Assembly: GCA_965209055.1 (NCBI GenBank)
Contig: OZ242374.1
Span: 5,440,001 to 5,504,000, forward strand
Direction of reading: 5' to 3'
DNA length: 64,000 nucleotides
Source: Acidobacteriota bacterium
GTDB taxonomy: Bacteria > Acidobacteriota > UBA6911 > RPQK01 > JAJDTT01
Below are positions 8,878 through 19,150 of this stretch, piece after piece. The position numbers were made by a program, and so were the translations under genes. The number at the start of each line of letters is the position of its first letter. Position 1 is the stretch's first letter. The notes below the pieces were generated by a model, which was not told the DNA's origin, made no database searches, and saw only the letters and a list, made by a program, of their open reading frames with translations.

Positions 8878-10029
8878 ATGACTGGATCCTTATACTTTAT
8901 TAGACTCTCAGGAAGTAGTAGGCAGCGTGGCCTCCAACACGGCCGCCAATTGCGTGAGCCCATTCAGACCGCGATCGACTTTTACCGGGAGCTGTTCAGC
9001 AGACATCTGAGCATCGATTCAGCGGAAATTCGAAGGAGGGCCGCGCGCTTCATCGAGCCGACCGCCCGGACCAGTCCCGAGCTCCTGGCTGAGTATGAAG
9101 GAATAGCTGAGGGATCGGGCCAGACACTGGAAGACATTTTCGCACTCTCCGGCCGTTACGAAATCACTTATGAATCGATTCGACTTGGAGAATGCTCGAA
9201 TGTTTTCGTAGGCCCTCAGTGCATGGCCCAGGGACACACGCTGCTGGGTCAGAATTGGGAGTGGAGACCGGAGGTGATGGCTTTTCGAGCCGTGATTATC
9301 GCCCGCTGCGACGATCTCCCGGATCACATCATGGTGACCGAATGCGGACAGCCTGGGAAATACGGCCTGAACGAATATGGACTTGGAGTAGCCGAAACCG
9401 GTCTTTCCTGCGCCAGCCAGAGGAGCGTTGGAGACAACCTGTTCGTGGTTGTGATGCGAAAGATGCTGGCTTGCCGGGACCTGGACCAAGCCCGGCAAAT
9501 GGTTCATCGATATCCTCCGGAGGCCACCATCAGCTTTTTCGCCGCCGACAGTCGAGGTCACGGATTCAATCTGGAGGCTCTCCCCTCCGGGATTGTCGAA
9601 CGAGAGTTTTCTGAGGACGAAATCGACTGGCACACGAATCACTCCCGCTTGACGGAGGAGCCGTGTCTGTTTGGAGATAGCTTGATTCGGGGCCGCCGTT
9701 GGGAAGAGCTTATCGATGCCGCGCGTCCTGTCACCGTACCCCTTCTGGGAAGGTGGCTGGCAGACTCCGCAAACGGATACAACTCAATTTGCCGAGCACC
9801 CGATCCGGAGCGAGCCCAGACCCCAACCTTTCTACAGACGCTCTGCTCAATTGTGCTTGACCTGACGACTCGCGAGATGTGGATCAGCGACGGCCTGTCT
9901 TCCCAAATGCCTTACCAGCGTGTCGGATTTGATGAGGAAGAGCGACGACCATCCTTCTTGGCCTTTGACCAGGAACAAATGACCCCAACGGGACCTGATC
10001 ACACCCGCCAACGAGCGTCGATGGAATGA
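8878..10029 (+). CDS. Peptidase C45 / acyl-CoA:6-APA acyltransferase-family Ntn hydrolase
   Basis: Motifs RGLQHGRQL, EYEGIAEGSG, E|CSNV (Cys nucleophile), GQNWEW, GLNEYGLGV, HTNH and TLCSIVLDL. Confidence 0.88.
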   Translation: MTGSLYFIRLSGSSRQRGLQHGRQLREPIQTAIDFYRELFSRHLSIDSAEIRRRAARFIEPTARTSPELLAEYEGIAEGSGQTLEDIFALSGRYEITYESIRLGECSNVFVGPQCMAQGHTLLGQNWEWRPEVMAFRAVIIARCDDLPDHIMVTECGQPGKYGLNEYGLGVAETGLSCASQRSVGDNLFVVVMRKMLACRDLDQARQMVHRYPPEATISFFAADSRGHGFNLEALPSGIVEREFSEDEIDWHTNHSRLTEEPCLFGDSLIRGRRWEELIDAARPVTVPLLGRWLADSANGYNSICRAPDPERAQTPTFLQTLCSIVLDLTTREMWISDGLSSQMPYQRVGFDEEERRPSFLAFDQEQMTPTGPDHTRQRASME

Positions 10030-10118
10030 GCCTGTTGCCTTTCTCTTTTCTCCGCTCCGCTGCTTTTTAACGCACGCTCGGAACATGTGCATTCACCCAG
10101 GATAGAGGAGTAGAGGCG

Positions 10119-11366
10119 ATGAGAATCACCGATCTTCATTGTATGCGCTTGCTGGGCCCGCGACCCCATGGGGGTGGTGGGAAGCCCGGCACCTTTTCCA
10201 AGCTCCTGGTCAGAATCGATACCGACGAGGGTAGTTACGGCCTGGGAGAGGCCGAAAACATGATGGGAGTAAAAGAGGGCATCGAATATCTAAGGGCATG
10301 GCTGATCGGCCGGGATCCAATGGCTGTGCGCCCCTTTTTCTCCGAAATGCTTTATGGGACCGTACCTCCCCATCCCAGATTTCGGGTCTATGACCCCATC
10401 CGTTTCGAGAAGACTTATCGCCCGTCCCTGATCTGCTCTCCGACGGCGACGCCGACCGGGCCCGTGATCTGGGCCCTTAGCGGAGTAGAGATGGCTTTAC
10501 TCGACCTCGCCGGCAAGATCCTGAATACTCCAGTCTACAACCTCCTGGGCGGACGGTATCGTGATCGGATACGCATCTACCTCGATCGGAGCGCTCCGGA
10601 AGCGGTCGACGATCTGGACGCTTGGAAGAAAATGGCCGAGGACTCGGTCAGGGATGGTTTTACCCAGCTGAAGTTCGACATCGACTATACGGCGTCTGAC
10701 CTCGTCGAAGACTTCTGGAACCGCTCCATCCCCCTTCGACAAATGAACGGGATGGTCCGAAGACTGAAGTCCGTTCGCCAGACGGTCGGGCAGGACGTCG
10801 AACTATGCGTCGATTGCCATATGCAATACAACGTCGTCGATGCCGTGCGGCTGGCGCAGGAACTGGCATTTCTCAAATTGATGTGGCTTGAGGATCCTAC
10901 TCCCATAAGCAATCCCCAAGCCTGTGCCACGGTCCGGGGAAAGAGTCCGATTGCCATCTGCATCGGAGAGATGTTCATCGCCGAGCAGTTCCGGCTCTTC
11001 ATCGATGCCGAAGCCTGCGACATCATCCATCCCGATGTCCTTTTCTGTGGGGGGCTGCAGGAAGGCAGGCGGATCGCCGACTACGCCGAGTTGCACTACC
11101 TCCCCATGGCCATGCACGGAAACGGAGGATGCCTGGCAACCATAGCCGCCGCGCACCTGGCAGCGGCCACCCGCAATTTTCTGGGTCTCGAATACCATTT
11201 TTGGGAGGCACAATGGGTGGGCCGATATGTGAACCGCGAAGGGGTTTCCCTCTTCAAAGATGGATACCTTCCCCTCACCGATGCCCCCGGTTTCGGAGTC
11301 GAGCTCAATGTGGAGGTCTGCCGCGAGCACTTGGCACCGGGGGAGACGTTGTTCTCCGAGCCTTAG
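10119..11366 (+). CDS. Mandelate racemase/muconate lactonizing enzyme-family (enolase superfamily) dehydratase
   Basis: Motifs VRIDTDEGSYGLGE, SGVEMALLDLAGK, PVYNLLGG and LKFD, metal ligands VDCH/WLEDP/IGE, and PGFGVELN. Confidence 0.92.
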   Translation: MRITDLHCMRLLGPRPHGGGGKPGTFSKLLVRIDTDEGSYGLGEAENMMGVKEGIEYLRAWLIGRDPMAVRPFFSEMLYGTVPPHPRFRVYDPIRFEKTYRPSLICSPTATPTGPVIWALSGVEMALLDLAGKILNTPVYNLLGGRYRDRIRIYLDRSAPEAVDDLDAWKKMAEDSVRDGFTQLKFDIDYTASDLVEDFWNRSIPLRQMNGMVRRLKSVRQTVGQDVELCVDCHMQYNVVDAVRLAQELAFLKLMWLEDPTPISNPQACATVRGKSPIAICIGEMFIAEQFRLFIDAEACDIIHPDVLFCGGLQEGRRIADYAELHYLPMAMHGNGGCLATIAAAHLAAATRNFLGLEYHFWEAQWVGRYVNREGVSLFKDGYLPLTDAPGFGVELNVEVCREHLAPGETLFSEP

Positions 11367-11380
11367 CCGCCCTTCATTGT

Positions 11381-12805
11381 GTGGTAAAGAAAGCAGTATC
11401 CTGGAGACGAAGTGTACCCCGCATGATCCTCCTGCTCATGGTTGCCATCGCCGTTTGGGCTCAGCCGACCGGTACCCTTGATCTGGCTCCGGCTGAGATC
11501 TATCCGTTCATCCCCCTGGAAACCCTGACGTCGGACTCGACCCCATCTTTTGACGAACTGACAGAAGCACCACCGGAAAACGATGTTTCCGGCTGGCATT
11601 TCCGTCTGGCCCGTCATTACCACCGCCGGGGTCATCCGATTGAGGCGGCCCGTCACGCCCGCCGTGCTGCGGAATTGCAGGGTGCGGAACCGTCCCACCA
11701 GTTGTTTCTGGCGAGTATCTACTGCAGGATGCAACGTTACGAGCTGGCCCGGACTGTCCTGGCAGGGGTTCTGTCCAGACAAGAACTCGCCTCCGAAGGG
11801 CGTATTCTGCTCGCCTACATCCTCCAGCAAACGGGTGAAATGGAGGCACAGCACGGACTGTTGCAGGAAGTCCTGAAATCCGATCCGCAAAACCCTTACG
11901 CCCTTTATCTCGCCGGAGTTTCATACTTTCGGCGCAATCGACACGAGAACGCGCTACAGACCTTCCAGGCTGCTGCCGTTGCAGGATTGGATCTGGCCGA
12001 GCTGCACTTCTATATGGGCCGGATCTATGCTCGGGATGCGGCGACTTTTGAACAAGCCATTCAGGCCTTTCAGCTTGCAGACCGATCCGACCGGGAGTCA
12101 CCAGAACTGAAGAAGGAGCTAGGCCTGATTTTCTATCGCACCGGCCGGTATCAGGAAGCGCTGGCAGAGCTCAGAGTAGCCGTTCAACTGCAGCCGGAGT
12201 TTCCCCAAGCCTTCCATATCATGGCCCAGGTCTATCAAAGAGTGAGCCGTCTCGAAGAGGCCGGACAGGCACTGGCACGCTATCAAGAGCTCACCCACAA
12301 TCAGGCGGTCCGCGAAAGCAACCGCAGGAGAGGCCAGATCGCCTATCAGGAAGGCCGAACTCAACTCTCGGAAAAAAGACTTGATGAGGCCTCCAGAAGC
12401 TTCCGGGAATCGCTTCAGTTCCTACCCGAAAAGGATGCATCCTATTATGCTCTGGCCAGTATCCACTATCGGCGGCGGAAACACGCCCAGGCCATCGAGT
12501 TGGTTCGCAGGGCTATTACAGTGAATCCCCTCATCGCCGATTACCACATTCTGCTCGCCGAGAGCCTGGACAAGAGAGGCGATTTCCGATCGGCTATCGA
12601 GTCGATGCAGAAGGCTCTACTCTTGTCGCCACCGAGGGCGCGACTTTCCAACTATCTGGGCAACCTGTGTTTCAGATCGGGTGACTATAGCTGTGCCGCC
12701 GATGCTTACCGAGCAGCGTCCGAGCTGGAACCGGGCAACCGATTCTATCGGATGAATCTGGAAAGTGCGTTGCGCCGACTGGCGCCATATGAGAGCAAGG
12801 AGTGA
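11381..12805 (+). CDS. Secreted tetratricopeptide-repeat protein
   Basis: Signal peptide MILLLMVAIAVWA (start is GTG 11381 or ATG 11423) followed by many TPR units (e.g. ELGLIFYRTGRYQEALAELRVAVQLQP). Confidence 0.85.
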   Translation: MVKKAVSWRRSVPRMILLLMVAIAVWAQPTGTLDLAPAEIYPFIPLETLTSDSTPSFDELTEAPPENDVSGWHFRLARHYHRRGHPIEAARHARRAAELQGAEPSHQLFLASIYCRMQRYELARTVLAGVLSRQELASEGRILLAYILQQTGEMEAQHGLLQEVLKSDPQNPYALYLAGVSYFRRNRHENALQTFQAAAVAGLDLAELHFYMGRIYARDAATFEQAIQAFQLADRSDRESPELKKELGLIFYRTGRYQEALAELRVAVQLQPEFPQAFHIMAQVYQRVSRLEEAGQALARYQELTHNQAVRESNRRRGQIAYQEGRTQLSEKRLDEASRSFRESLQFLPEKDASYYALASIHYRRRKHAQAIELVRRAITVNPLIADYHILLAESLDKRGDFRSAIESMQKALLLSPPRARLSNYLGNLCFRSGDYSCAADAYRAASELEPGNRFYRMNLESALRRLAPYESKE

Positions 12806-12845
12806 TCGGTTTTAGCCTGTGAACCGAAATAATGTCCTGTATTCG

Positions 12846-13784
12846 TCATTCGGGAAACGGCTCCAACCACTGCGGCAGTTCATTCTGCATCCGGTTCCGG
12901 TAGGTTGCAAAGGCTTCCTCACCAGCCCCCAGATAAGGTGGTAACAGCCGGAGGGGAAACCCGGGATGATGGAGTTTGAATATCAGCTTATCGTAGGTGC
13001 CGTCCATGTGGCTTCCATTCATCTGCAGAGTTCGCAAGATACTCGAATGATGATGCAGGTCCTTGAGGAACTGCCTTAAACGCCCTTCATTCCTGCCTGT
13101 CTGTCCTAACTCGAAAAGTTCGCTGGCCAGCAGGCGGTTCGAAGCGGCGATGGCTATCAGCTGACCACACTTAAGGCCCTTGAGACTTGCTTCAGCATAC
13201 CCGATGTCACCGACGAAATGGCAAAGCTGGGGAGCCCGTTCAACGGCAGACCGGATCGTGGACATTCCAACTCGTCCGGCCCATTTGACCGCGACTAGAT
13301 TCGGATAACGTTCTGCCAGTACGGACAACTCCCCGGGGCTCAACCAGCGCAGCCCCCTGGGAACGTTATAGAAAAGAAAGGAACAGTCAGGATTTCGTCC
13401 GCAGGTTGTTTCGAAGAACAGGTCCCTTTCGAAATCATTCAGTTCTCCCCAAGAAGGAAACGACAGCTGAAAGCTGGCGAAACCGAGAGCCCGGCCCACC
13501 TGTATCCGTTCCTGGATCTGTGGAATAGCAAGGGCGATAATGCCCAGTTGTCTGAGGCTGGTCTTGCCTTCGGTTTCCTCGGCAAAAACACGGGAGATGC
13601 TTTCAAACTGATTCAGAGTCAGCGCGTAGCCTTCTCCCGCCGTACCGAACAAGTAAATGCTCGTCTGGTCCTTGGCCAGCTGGCCGCGGACGACATCTCG
13701 AAACAGGGATTCATCCAGTTCGAATCGATCGGTCCAGGGAAGTGCACAACTGCACAGGATACGGGGACTCAGCCTGAGTTTCAT
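12846..13784 (-). CDS. Dihydrodipicolinate synthase/N-acetylneuraminate lyase-family aldolase (divergent)
   Basis: ALPW...LDESLF, FGTAGEG, FYNVP (Tyr) and YPNLVAVKW (Schiff-base Lys). ATG at 13784 preferred as start. Confidence 0.82.
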   Translation of the reverse strand: MKLRLSPRILCSCALPWTDRFELDESLFRDVVRGQLAKDQTSIYLFGTAGEGYALTLNQFESISRVFAEETEGKTSLRQLGIIALAIPQIQERIQVGRALGFASFQLSFPSWGELNDFERDLFFETTCGRNPDCSFLFYNVPRGLRWLSPGELSVLAERYPNLVAVKWAGRVGMSTIRSAVERAPQLCHFVGDIGYAEASLKGLKCGQLIAIAASNRLLASELFELGQTGRNEGRLRQFLKDLHHHSSILRTLQMNGSHMDGTYDKLIFKLHHPGFPLRLLPPYLGAGEEAFATYRNRMQNELPQWLEPFPE

Positions 13785-13920
13785 GTAAACGCTCGACGAA
13801 CCTATTGTATGATCTCTCTGGAAAACAGACAACGTAGAAGCCGGCGATGGTGTCCTTCCTCAGACCGGGCGAGCTGAACTTCTACAATCTTCGGAGGCTA
13901 CTCACGAGACGAGGACGTAC

Positions 13921-15636
13921 ATGAGCCTGCGAGTCTTGTTGGTCGTCGGATCACTTGTAGGACTATTTCCCACGGCTTTCGGTTCTGTTTCCCCATTCGA
14001 GCATCAGAGACCTTCCGGCGCTGAAAGTGAGGCGTTCAAGCCTGTCTTCACCGAGGTTACGGCTGCTTCGGGCATTCACTTCCGTCATCACAATTCACCG
14101 ACTCCTTCCAAGTACGTGGTCGAAACGATAGGTTCCGGGTGTGCTTTTTTGGACTACGACCGAGATGATTATCTGGATATTTTTCTGGTCAATGGGGGTC
14201 GGCTTCCTGGCGCCGAGAAAGGCGCGCCCCCGGATCACGCTCTCTACCGAAATCGAGGAGACGGGACTTTCGTAGAAGTCGGAAAGGAGTCGGGGATCGA
14301 ACGAAACCGTGCCTTCGGTCAGGGGATTGCAGTGGGGGACTACGACAACGACGGATTCGACGATCTGTTCCTCACCAATTTCAACGGACCGAACCTTCTC
14401 TACCGTAACCAGAAAAATGGGACATTCATGGAAGTGGCCGAAAAAGCCGGACTTACCTCCGACGGCCGGTGGAGTGCTGGAGCCGCCTTTCTGGACTACG
14501 ACAACGACGGGCGTCTCGATCTGTACGTGGCTCGCTACATCAACAACACTTTCGAGAACAACCTCAGATGTGGCTCTCTGGTCGACGACTCTCTGCACAC
14601 GTATTGTACCCCGGAGGTCTACGAAGGTGTCCCGGATCTCTTGTACCGAAATCACGGGAATGGGACTTTTTCCGACGTCACCGCCGCTTCCGGTCTGGCT
14701 CGTTTCGTCGGCAGCGGCCTGGGCGTCATCACGTTTGACTACAACGAGGACGGTTGGACAGATATCTACGTGGCTAACGACACGGATCCTAATTTCTTAT
14801 TTGAGAACGAAGGTGACGGAACCTGGAAGGAAGTAGCGATGTCCAGGGGAGCAGCAGTCGATGTGAACGGCAATGCGCAAGCCGGGATGGGGGTTGCGGC
14901 GGGCGATTTTGACAGAGACGGTCTGCCAGACCTGGCGGTCACCAACTTCGATTTCGAGTATCTGATCTTGTACCGGCAGCTCCCCGGGGGCTTCTTTGAG
15001 GATGCCAGTTCCCTAGCCGGGGTGGAGATTCCCAGCTCAGCCTACGTCGGTTTTGGGTTGGGGTTTTTGGATTTTGACAATGATTCGGATCTGGATCTCT
15101 TTGTGGCCAACGGTCATGTCTACGACAATGCCCATCGGGTTTTTCCCGGATCCAGTTACGAACAGCCGAAACTCCTTTTTGAAAATTCCCAGGGCAGATT
15201 TGCGGAAGTTGCCGCCCGTCACGGCGAGGCTCTGGTTCTGCCCCAGGTGAGCCGGGGCACCTGCTTCGGTGATTACGACAATGACGGAGACCTGGATGTT
15301 CTTGTCACCAATTCTGGTGCTCCTCCAATGCTGTTGCGGAATGACGGCGGCAATCGAAACAACTGGATTTCGTTGCGGCTGATCGGTACAGCGTCAAACC
15401 CCAATGGGATCGGCGCTCGGGTCAGATTGACACTGGACAACCTGGTATTGGAGTCCCAGGTCAGTGGGGGAGGCAGCTACTATTCCGCCTCGGACTATCG
15501 GCTGCACTTTGGCCTGGAGGATCGGGATGTCATCCGGCGCTTGGAGGTCTTCTGGCCTTCGGGAACCGTGGATGTGCGGACAAAGATTTCCAGTCGGCAG
15601 TTTCTTGTCATCCGAGAAGGGGAGAAGGGCGAATAG
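13921..15636 (+). CDS. CRTAC1-family protein (FG-GAP/VCBS repeats + ASPIC/UnbV domain), secreted
   Basis: Signal peptide, repeated GDYDNDGxxDL motifs, and C-terminal NPNGIGARVRL...GGSYYSASDYRLHFGL...LEVFWPSG. Confidence 0.92.
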   Translation: MSLRVLLVVGSLVGLFPTAFGSVSPFEHQRPSGAESEAFKPVFTEVTAASGIHFRHHNSPTPSKYVVETIGSGCAFLDYDRDDYLDIFLVNGGRLPGAEKGAPPDHALYRNRGDGTFVEVGKESGIERNRAFGQGIAVGDYDNDGFDDLFLTNFNGPNLLYRNQKNGTFMEVAEKAGLTSDGRWSAGAAFLDYDNDGRLDLYVARYINNTFENNLRCGSLVDDSLHTYCTPEVYEGVPDLLYRNHGNGTFSDVTAASGLARFVGSGLGVITFDYNEDGWTDIYVANDTDPNFLFENEGDGTWKEVAMSRGAAVDVNGNAQAGMGVAAGDFDRDGLPDLAVTNFDFEYLILYRQLPGGFFEDASSLAGVEIPSSAYVGFGLGFLDFDNDSDLDLFVANGHVYDNAHRVFPGSSYEQPKLLFENSQGRFAEVAARHGEALVLPQVSRGTCFGDYDNDGDLDVLVTNSGAPPMLLRNDGGNRNNWISLRLIGTASNPNGIGARVRLTLDNLVLESQVSGGGSYYSASDYRLHFGLEDRDVIRRLEVFWPSGTVDVRTKISSRQFLVIREGEKGE

Positions 15637-15695
15637 CACCAGCCGCGGAGCCACGGTCTGAATCGTCAAATGGAAGAGCCACAGGGGGTGAAATC

Positions 15696-16517
15696 ATGTC
15701 CTTGACCTTCATTCACATCACCGACACCCATCTGGGAACCACTTGCGACGAGCTGGTTTATTTTTACGCTCCCGGACAGGCCTTGAAGGCGGTATTGAAG
15801 CAAATCGCAGCCGATGGTGCTTATGATGCCTCTTTAATCGTCGATACTGGGGATATGATTCGGGACTGGTCGCATCCTTCGGCCTATGAAACAGGCAAAA
15901 AGATCTATGGTTTAGAAGAAAAGTCACCAGCTCCCGGACCTCTCAGGATGCGTGCCGAAGGAATGGATCTGCCCTGGTATTATGTTCCGGGGAATGTCGA
16001 CAACCGCCCAGAGTGCCGGAAAAGGCTATTTGCTCCAGATCCCGGAACGGCACTTTTCAACTACACGTGGAAGGTGCAGGGAATTCGCTTTCTCAGCCTG
16101 GACTGGGGAGCGTCCAGGACCAATCGTTACACGTTGACTTCCCAGTCCTTTAACTGGCTAAAGAAGCAACTGAATCAGAGCTGCCCTACTGTCATTCTCA
16201 CCCATCACCCTCCCGTGTCCATAGGCATTCCGATGTTTGACGAAATGACACCGCCGGATCTGAACCGTCTCCACGAACTCATTGCCGGTTCCCCGGTGCT
16301 GGCCATCTTTCACGGACACACCCACCATCCGTGGGAGAATCGGATTGACGGGATCCCGGTATTCGGAACCGGCTCGGTGACCTACAGGCGCTGTTTGCAT
16401 CACAACTACGGGCAGGGCATGGTGCTGGAGATCCATCCCCCACAGTATCGGGTCGTGACCATACACAGTGACGGTTCGGTGTCTGCCCCGATTCACGAAG
16501 TACCCTGGGGATCATGA
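15696..16517 (+). CDS. Calcineurin-like metallophosphoesterase (CpdA/Icc-like)
   Basis: Motifs HITDTH, DTGD, VPGNVD (variant of GNHD), THHPP and HGHTH. Confidence 0.85.
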   Translation: MSLTFIHITDTHLGTTCDELVYFYAPGQALKAVLKQIAADGAYDASLIVDTGDMIRDWSHPSAYETGKKIYGLEEKSPAPGPLRMRAEGMDLPWYYVPGNVDNRPECRKRLFAPDPGTALFNYTWKVQGIRFLSLDWGASRTNRYTLTSQSFNWLKKQLNQSCPTVILTHHPPVSIGIPMFDEMTPPDLNRLHELIAGSPVLAIFHGHTHHPWENRIDGIPVFGTGSVTYRRCLHHNYGQGMVLEIHPPQYRVVTIHSDGSVSAPIHEVPWGS

Positions 16518-16609
16518 AGTGATCTTGTCTCTGTGGATGAAACTTCGGTCTGATCTTGCCGGCAGGTTGGAAGAGGACGGCTCAAGATCGATCCGGTTTC
16601 ACAACCGAT

Positions 16610-18448
16610 TTACGCTCTTGAGGTCGAAAGCCGCACCTGAAGCAACTCTACAGGCACCGATGGGTCACCTTGCTGAGCTGGTTCCACGCTCAACTCAAGA
16701 GAATTCGGTCCTTTTCTGATCAGATTCCCGGGCAACTGCAGGCCGATCCACGACTCCTGACTACGTCCTGATCTTTCGACCCCCGGCGGGAAGCCGCTTT
16801 GGAGATCCATCCACTCCCGGCCGTGTTCGGAAGACGCTTCGGAAACGGCAGTACCGTTGAGGGTCCACCTGACGCGCCGCTGATCCACATCTCCCTTCCA
16901 CTGGATGAGAAGGATGGCTTGGTCTATCGAATTGGGAGCATCCGAGACATTCAGCGTAAACTCCACACCTGCCACCCCGCTGACCGTGGTGAGTGCACGG
17001 GGAATTTGAGCAGGATAGCAGGCATCGGCCAGAGCTCCCTGCCCAGGCCGAACCGGAAAATCGGGGTCAACCTGGTACAGCTTGTTTCCGTGAGCCAGCT
17101 CGGCGGGCTCTGCCAGCCTCGGCACTGTGCCGAAATCCTCCGGATCAGTGGGTCCGTGATGAGTGTGCCAGTCATAGAGGTAAATGCCATCGACTCCTTC
17201 TTGCCAGAAACGGTGGGCGGCGGCACGGACCGCGTCATAGTTGGAAGGGTCGTCGTTGGTGATGGCCGGGTCCCGGACATCGAACTTGGGCCGGCCGGTT
17301 CGGAACAAGGGATGAATGCGGTCCAGGCAACCGTAAACGGGGACCTCGTGCCGTTGTCCCAATTCAACCCATTCCTTCATGGGAATGGAGAAGGGCATCA
17401 ATCCCGAACCGGCCATCAACAAGTCGACCCATCCCTGCTCCGTCCAGGTTTCCGGATCCAGTCCTACCGCAAGACACAGCTCCATGCTGTCCGGAACACG
17501 CACGGCAAGGAGAATCGGCCGGCCCTTCTGCTGAGCGAAATGATCGAGCCGCCGGCGCACCTGGTGAACGAAATCGTTCATGATGGGAATGTTTCGCCGC
17601 TGCTCGCCCAGCTTGAAAAACATGGGCATCCGGATCCAGTCCAGTTCGACTCCGTCGACGTCATAGCGCTGGCAGATGCCTTCGACGACTTCCAGAAAAT
17701 GGGCCCGGGTTCCCTCCAATGCGTAATTGTAGGCAGGCCACGACCAGAGATCCCGGGACGCCAATCCCCTTCGGTCCAGCACGTCCTTGAGGGGATTCTC
17801 CGCGACGACTTGGCGTCTCAGCTCGGACTCTGAGGGAAGTACATTGGAGGGTGTTTTTCCCTGCTGTGCCCTCTGTTCCTCCAACCGGATGAATTTCATG
17901 ACCCAGGGCAGATATTTTTTTTCCCAATGTTCCTGCGAGATGTAACCGAGCAGCAACTCCGGGTGCTGGAGCCGAAACGGCACCCAGTACCCTCGATTGG
18001 GAGGGAAGTAGGCGGCATGCGTATCATTCATTCGAATGGAATAGAAGAACTCCATCCCGTTACGACGAGCGAAGTCGACGACGTGTTTGACCGGGTTGGG
18101 CGCCAGGACGGCAATCTTCTCGGTGGGAAACTCCCAATCAGGTTCGTTCGTGTGGCCATTGTAAAAGATGGAGTTCACCTGAGTTCCTTCCAGGTACTTC
18201 ATGGTGTAACTCAAGTATTGATCCACCGACCGGACCGGTGCCGGGAACGTTCCCCGCCCACGGGCAGTACTCTGGATGTCACTACCATCGTTGTTCCACA
18301 CCAGCCGACGATTACGGCGGCGAGCCGCAAGGCGGTCTCTTGGAATCGATCGTGACCTCACTGCAGGACCTGCACTCTCCTGACTGCAAGCCGTAGCCAG
18401 TGCAGAAACCGTTGCCAACTCTTTCAAAAAGACTCTTCGATTCTCCAA
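16610..18448 (-). CDS. Tat/lipoprotein glycoside-hydrolase-like TIM-barrel protein
   Basis: NRRVFLK...LATAC signal. Motifs VWNNDGSD, SIRMNDTH, YDVDGVELDWIR and GVDGIYLY are typical of uncharacterised GH-like (GHL10-type) barrels. Confidence 0.7.
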   Translation of the reverse strand: MENRRVFLKELATVSALATACSQESAGPAVRSRSIPRDRLAARRRNRRLVWNNDGSDIQSTARGRGTFPAPVRSVDQYLSYTMKYLEGTQVNSIFYNGHTNEPDWEFPTEKIAVLAPNPVKHVVDFARRNGMEFFYSIRMNDTHAAYFPPNRGYWVPFRLQHPELLLGYISQEHWEKKYLPWVMKFIRLEEQRAQQGKTPSNVLPSESELRRQVVAENPLKDVLDRRGLASRDLWSWPAYNYALEGTRAHFLEVVEGICQRYDVDGVELDWIRMPMFFKLGEQRRNIPIMNDFVHQVRRRLDHFAQQKGRPILLAVRVPDSMELCLAVGLDPETWTEQGWVDLLMAGSGLMPFSIPMKEWVELGQRHEVPVYGCLDRIHPLFRTGRPKFDVRDPAITNDDPSNYDAVRAAAHRFWQEGVDGIYLYDWHTHHGPTDPEDFGTVPRLAEPAELAHGNKLYQVDPDFPVRPGQGALADACYPAQIPRALTTVSGVAGVEFTLNVSDAPNSIDQAILLIQWKGDVDQRRVRWTLNGTAVSEASSEHGREWMDLQSGFPPGVERSGRSQESWIGLQLPGNLIRKGPNSLELSVEPAQQGDPSVPVELLQVRLSTSRA

Positions 18449-19150
18449 TTCGTTCCTCCTCTGAAGGTCCTAACTGTCATGCACCTCAAGATCGTGAAAA
18501 TCTGTCCTCGATTCCCCACTTTCTCGCTACGATCATTCCTACGGCGCAGGCTCCTAGACCCGCTCGATCTTGACTTCCAATAAATAAATTCGGCTGCGCT
18601 CGCCGGAATTGGGAGGAACCGGCTCCCAGCCGAACGGAGTCCGGTCATAAACTATAAAAACCCGGTTAGGAGAGACCTCGATCAGATCGATGTACGCCGA
18701 TGTCTGTTTTGCATTCATCTGAAAGGAACTTGGAACCGTTCGATTATGATGAGCCATGAGGTCGACGGATTCCCACTTCCGGCCACGGGAATCTCCGGAA
18801 ATCCACAAAAAGAGTCCCGGCCGACCCGTTACGAGCGCCAAAGCACCATTGGCCAACCGAAGCAGTTGGGGCGCGACACTGAAAGCCGGCAGCCGGTCCA
18901 CCTGAGACCAGTTCTTTCCCCCGTCACCGCTGTAGGCGCGCGCCAACTTCTGATCTTTACCGGTACCGACTCGGCTCACACACATCAGGTCCCCGTCAGC
19001 CAGTTGCACGAGGCAGGGCTCATCGAAGCCCTCCTTGGCATCGGGTACGGAGTCGGGTCCAGCGATTGTGGACAGATAGCGCCAGTGACGTGGAGTTGAC
19101 CCGCTTTCGTGGACACATCCAAAGTAAGGAAGTGAAAGGAGGAGTCCACG

